Positions 60,646-64,000 of a stretch of 64,000 nucleotides of DNA are shown here, in pieces; position 1 is the stretch's first letter, and the number at the start of each line of letters is the position of its first letter. Origin of the DNA: Cladosporium halotolerans (lineage: Eukaryota); NCBI RefSeq assembly GCF_011745625.1, contig NW_027191483.1, forward strand, positions 62,001 to 126,000, read 5' to 3'. Under the pieces are notes generated by a model. The model was not told the origin of the DNA. It did no database searches and saw only the letters and a list, made by a program, of their open reading frames with translations. The position numbers were made by a program, and so were the translations under genes.

Positions 60646-63600
60646 ATGGCTCCCAAATCACCACGGAATAAGAAAACACCTTCCACACCACATGTTCAGA
60701 AACACGCCCAGCCTGTCGACCAGGCGGGCCCTCCCATCAACTATGCCGAAGTCCAGGCCGAGGAGGTTGAGGTCCTCAAAGCCATTTACATGGAAGACTT
60801 CGAAGAAGTAGAGACGAAGAGCGCGTGGAGCAAGACTTCAGACCTTCGCTTCAAGCTGAAATTGAGAGCTTTCAGCGATTCTGAGAGCTTCGTTGTACTG
60901 TCCGTCCAGCTGACTGCGACGTATCCGAAATCAGCACCCGTTTTGGATATTTCGGCTTTGCAGTCTTTTCACGAGCGTACCCAGAAACGCATCAGTAACG
61001 TTCTCCGCAATAGGCCGAGGCAGATGCTTGGCGAAGTGATGATACATGCGGTTGCCTCCGAGATTCAGGATGCTTTGGAGGATGCTGTGCAGGCCAAGCA
61101 AACTGGAACCTTGCCTAGTCTGGAAGAGGAGCGTGCCAGTGCGGAAGAAGTGGCGATTGCGCTGGCCAAAGAGGCGGAAGTTGCCGAAGCCCGTCGTAAC
61201 CTGGAAGCTCAAGAAGAGGAAGATCGCGTGCTGAAGCAGATGGTGGACGAAGAAGTCACTCGACGCCAGAAACGCCGACCCACCCGTTCAGGCAATGGAG
61301 AAGGGGGTGATGTGATGGCCATTCACGGGAATGACGAGGTTGTGACCTTCGACCAGCCTGCCAAAATATCCATCGGCTCAGAACATCTGGAGTTCTCGAA
61401 AGTCAGCATTGTCAGCCATGGCCGCGGCTTCCTTTTAGCTAAGCCGACACTTCGTCCTGGAATTCTTCCGCCTTTGGTCACCATTAAACGATATGGCACC
61501 CCTGAAAAATCTCGTGCGGATCTGCTCAATATCGAGAAAACACTGGACAGCGTATGCGGACTCAGGCACCAAAATATCTTGAGCGTATACGCGTACCGCA
61601 TTGATAAGATCGATCTTCAATCTGACTTCACTCTTTGCACCGAATATGCGTCTAGAGGAACCTTGGAAGATCTCTTGATGCTTTGCGGACCACTGCAGCT
61701 GGGCAAGGCTCGTCAATTCACAATTCAGATCCTCGAAGCATTGGATGAATGCCACCGCAAAGGTATTTCTCATGGAAGCCTAAGCGTCAAGACTGTCTGC
61801 CTAGCTGGTGGCAACGCGCCAATACCTAAATTGGCCAACGTCGGATACACAAGTGTCATCAAATCTGAGGAATACGACTTACCCACCAAGTGGCAGCCTC
61901 CCGAGGGCTCTGCTACAGTATCCGACAATGTTGCTCGAAAGACTGACATATGGATGCTGGGTGTTCTGGTGTTGCAAATGTTCCTTGGCCCAGAAGTCAT
62001 TCATCAAGGCTCCCCTCAAACATTGCTTGAGAGGCTTTCGCTTACGGAACCCTTCGAAGAGTTCGTCCGCAAGATGCTCAACTGTGATGCCAAAAAACGG
62101 CCAAGTGCTTTCGATCTCTTGCCGGTCGAGTTCCTGCGAACCGAAGCGGCTGCAACAGAGACGACATTGGCTGTCGACAGAAGGGGAGATCGGTCTTCTT
62201 ATTCAGGCCTGAAAAGCCCTCTGAAGCGTCGTTCCCGTCATGGTTCGTCGAACATGATGGAGCCTGTATCACGATATACCAATGATTTCACAGAAATTGG
62301 TCGCTTGGGCAGAGGTGGGTTTGGTGAGGTCGTCAAATCTCGCAACAAACTTGATGGCGGTGTATATGCAGTCAAGAAGATCAGCCAGGCACCACAGCTT
62401 GATAAGATTTTGTCCGAAGTCATGCTTCTGAACAGGCTGAACCACCCATATGTCGTCAGATACTATTCGACCTGGGTCGAGGAGACGCTACACGTGTTTT
62501 CAGAGGAGGCTATGTCCACGACGGAGGAGACAGTTACCGAGGAGCCAACTGTAGACTCCGAAGACTCCGAAGACTCGGACGGGCCCCGATTCGAGTTTGG
62601 CTATCAAAGCACCAGTGGCCTGGACTTTGTCAGCTCAAGCGGCTATCCTCACATCGAGTTTGGCGGGGATAGCGATTCCGAAAACAGTGCTACGAACAGC
62701 GAATCCGACCGCGAAGGAGCTCATCTGAATGGAAGCTCGCAAATCGGCACGGACGTGTCGACCGCAGACAGCCGCCTGGGGCTGAGGAAGTCGCGTTCAG
62801 ATCCTCGCAAGGCACAATCGACCTTGTATATTCAGATGGAGTACTGCGAGCGTCAGACGCTGCGAGATCTAATCCGCAAAGCTTCGCTTACCGAAGATGA
62901 TTCCTGGCGATTTGTCCGTCAGATTACGGAAGGGTTGGCCCATGTGCACAGTCACGGTATCATCCACCGCGACCTCAAGCCTGATAATATCTTCATCGAC
63001 GTGGCTGGGAACCCGAAAATTGGTGATTTTGGATTGGCAACCACCAGCCAGTATCAGATCACAGACAAGACAATAGTCATGAGCGGCGCAACGGGAGGTG
63101 ACATGACGAGAAGCGTCGGTACCGCTCTATACGTGGCTCCTGAGTTGCGATCAGCGTCGGGAACGACGTACAATGACAAAGTGGACATGTACTCCCTCGG
63201 CATCATGTTCTTCGAGATGTGTGAACCTTTCGGCACCGCCATGGAACGCATTCGATCTCTGCAGGGAATCAGGGAGAAGGACCATGAGCTACCACCTGCA
63301 TACTTGAGCAGTGGCTCTAAAGCAGCCCAAGGCAAGCTCATAGAATGCTTAATTTCTCATAAGCCCAGCGAAAGGCCAAGTAGCACCGAGCTTCTTCGAA
63401 GCAACATTCTGCCGCTCAAGATCGAGGACGAGACGATCAGGCAAGCTCTGAGCGGCTTGTCGGATCCACGGTCGCCTTATCATCAGAAGATGATGTCGGC
63501 ACTGTTCTCGCACGACCAAGCAAGCAGCAGCAGGGTGAAAGCGCTCGCATGGGACGCCAAGGATCAATCTACCATCGAAAGCATGGCGAGAGTCCACATG

Positions 63601-64000
63601 CGAACCGTCGCGAAAGGCGTTCTTGAGTCTGTCTTTAGGCGACACGGTGCAGAGGAGATTCGGAGGGAAAATGTGTTCCCTCGCTCAGGCTTTTACAACT
63701 ACCCGAACGTCGTACAGCTCCTGGATGCATCTGGAAACCTTGTGCAACTACCGTATGATTTGACACTACCACACGCTAGGCAACTTGCCCGCAAAGAGTC
63801 TTCGCTGCGCCATGTCTTTACCTTCGACCGGGTCTATCGAGATACGTTTTCAGGCGGACCTCCAAGAGCGAACGAGGAGGTAGACTTTGATATTGTCAAC
63901 ATTGCTGGCAGCGATGACCAGTCACTAGACGACGCCGAAATCGTCAAAGTTCTCGATGAAGTGGCGCATGATCTACCTGGGCTGATGTCTTCTGGCACGA
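60646..64000 (+). CDS. GCN2: eIF2-alpha kinase GCN2, 3'-truncated by the window end
   Basis: RWD (YAEVQAEEVEVLKAIY...TYPKSAP), pseudokinase, kinase RYTNDF..LGRGGFGEV, YAVKKI, acidic insert, LYIQMEYC, HRDLKPDN, DFG, start of HisRS-like domain (VQLPYDLTLP). Confidence 0.96.
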   Translation, partial: MAPKSPRNKKTPSTPHVQKHAQPVDQAGPPINYAEVQAEEVEVLKAIYMEDFEEVETKSAWSKTSDLRFKLKLRAFSDSESFVVLSVQLTATYPKSAPVLDISALQSFHERTQKRISNVLRNRPRQMLGEVMIHAVASEIQDALEDAVQAKQTGTLPSLEEERASAEEVAIALAKEAEVAEARRNLEAQEEEDRVLKQMVDEEVTRRQKRRPTRSGNGEGGDVMAIHGNDEVVTFDQPAKISIGSEHLEFSKVSIVSHGRGFLLAKPTLRPGILPPLVTIKRYGTPEKSRADLLNIEKTLDSVCGLRHQNILSVYAYRIDKIDLQSDFTLCTEYASRGTLEDLLMLCGPLQLGKARQFTIQILEALDECHRKGISHGSLSVKTVCLAGGNAPIPKLANVGYTSVIKSEEYDLPTKWQPPEGSATVSDNVARKTDIWMLGVLVLQMFLGPEVIHQGSPQTLLERLSLTEPFEEFVRKMLNCDAKKRPSAFDLLPVEFLRTEAAATETTLAVDRRGDRSSYSGLKSPLKRRSRHGSSNMMEPVSRYTNDFTEIGRLGRGGFGEVVKSRNKLDGGVYAVKKISQAPQLDKILSEVMLLNRLNHPYVVRYYSTWVEETLHVFSEEAMSTTEETVTEEPTVDSEDSEDSDGPRFEFGYQSTSGLDFVSSSGYPHIEFGGDSDSENSATNSESDREGAHLNGSSQIGTDVSTADSRLGLRKSRSDPRKAQSTLYIQMEYCERQTLRDLIRKASLTEDDSWRFVRQITEGLAHVHSHGIIHRDLKPDNIFIDVAGNPKIGDFGLATTSQYQITDKTIVMSGATGGDMTRSVGTALYVAPELRSASGTTYNDKVDMYSLGIMFFEMCEPFGTAMERIRSLQGIREKDHELPPAYLSSGSKAAQGKLIECLISHKPSERPSSTELLRSNILPLKIEDETIRQALSGLSDPRSPYHQKMMSALFSHDQASSSRVKALAWDAKDQSTIESMARVHMRTVAKGVLESVFRRHGAEEIRRENVFPRSGFYNYPNVVQLLDASGNLVQLPYDLTLPHARQLARKESSLRHVFTFDRVYRDTFSGGPPRANEEVDFDIVNIAGSDDQSLDDAEIVKVLDEVAHDLPGLMSSGT

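Overview
Eukaryotic, intron-containing, gene-dense DNA from a filamentous ascomycete. GT-AG introns of about 50-75 nt with RCTRAY branch sites and the gene content suggest Pezizomycotina; Dothideomycetes/Capnodiales is my guess. About 18 protein-coding genes can be supported: 6-phosphogluconate dehydrogenase, the galactofuranose pair UDP-galactopyranose mutase + UDP-Galf transporter, a Git3/Gpr1-type GPCR, an FKBP-STIMATE/vacuolar-membrane-protein fusion, a DHX29/DHX57-like DEAH helicase head-to-head with GCN1, a Trf4/Cid1-type nucleotidyltransferase head-to-head with an SR/RRM splicing factor, a small ORF, TPS2 head-to-head with PYM1, two hypotheticals, a PhzF-like gene, myosin V, and a Cut12-domain gene head-to-head with GCN2 (truncated by the window end). 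Best observations: (1) the PhzF-like gene is only in frame if its first intervening sequence is a nested [D1,2] spliceosomal twin intron (stwintron); (2) a signal peptide-FKBP domain is fused to a STIMATE-like multipass membrane protein; (3) ribosome/mRNA-surveillance genes (DHX29-like, GCN1, PAP-like, SR, PYM1, GCN2) are concentrated here; (4) a possibly mitochondrial nucleotidyltransferase appears to lack its third catalytic Asp. I recognised no rRNA, tRNA, CRISPR array or transposon. Exon boundaries were read by eye and checked for frame consistency; no database searches were run.
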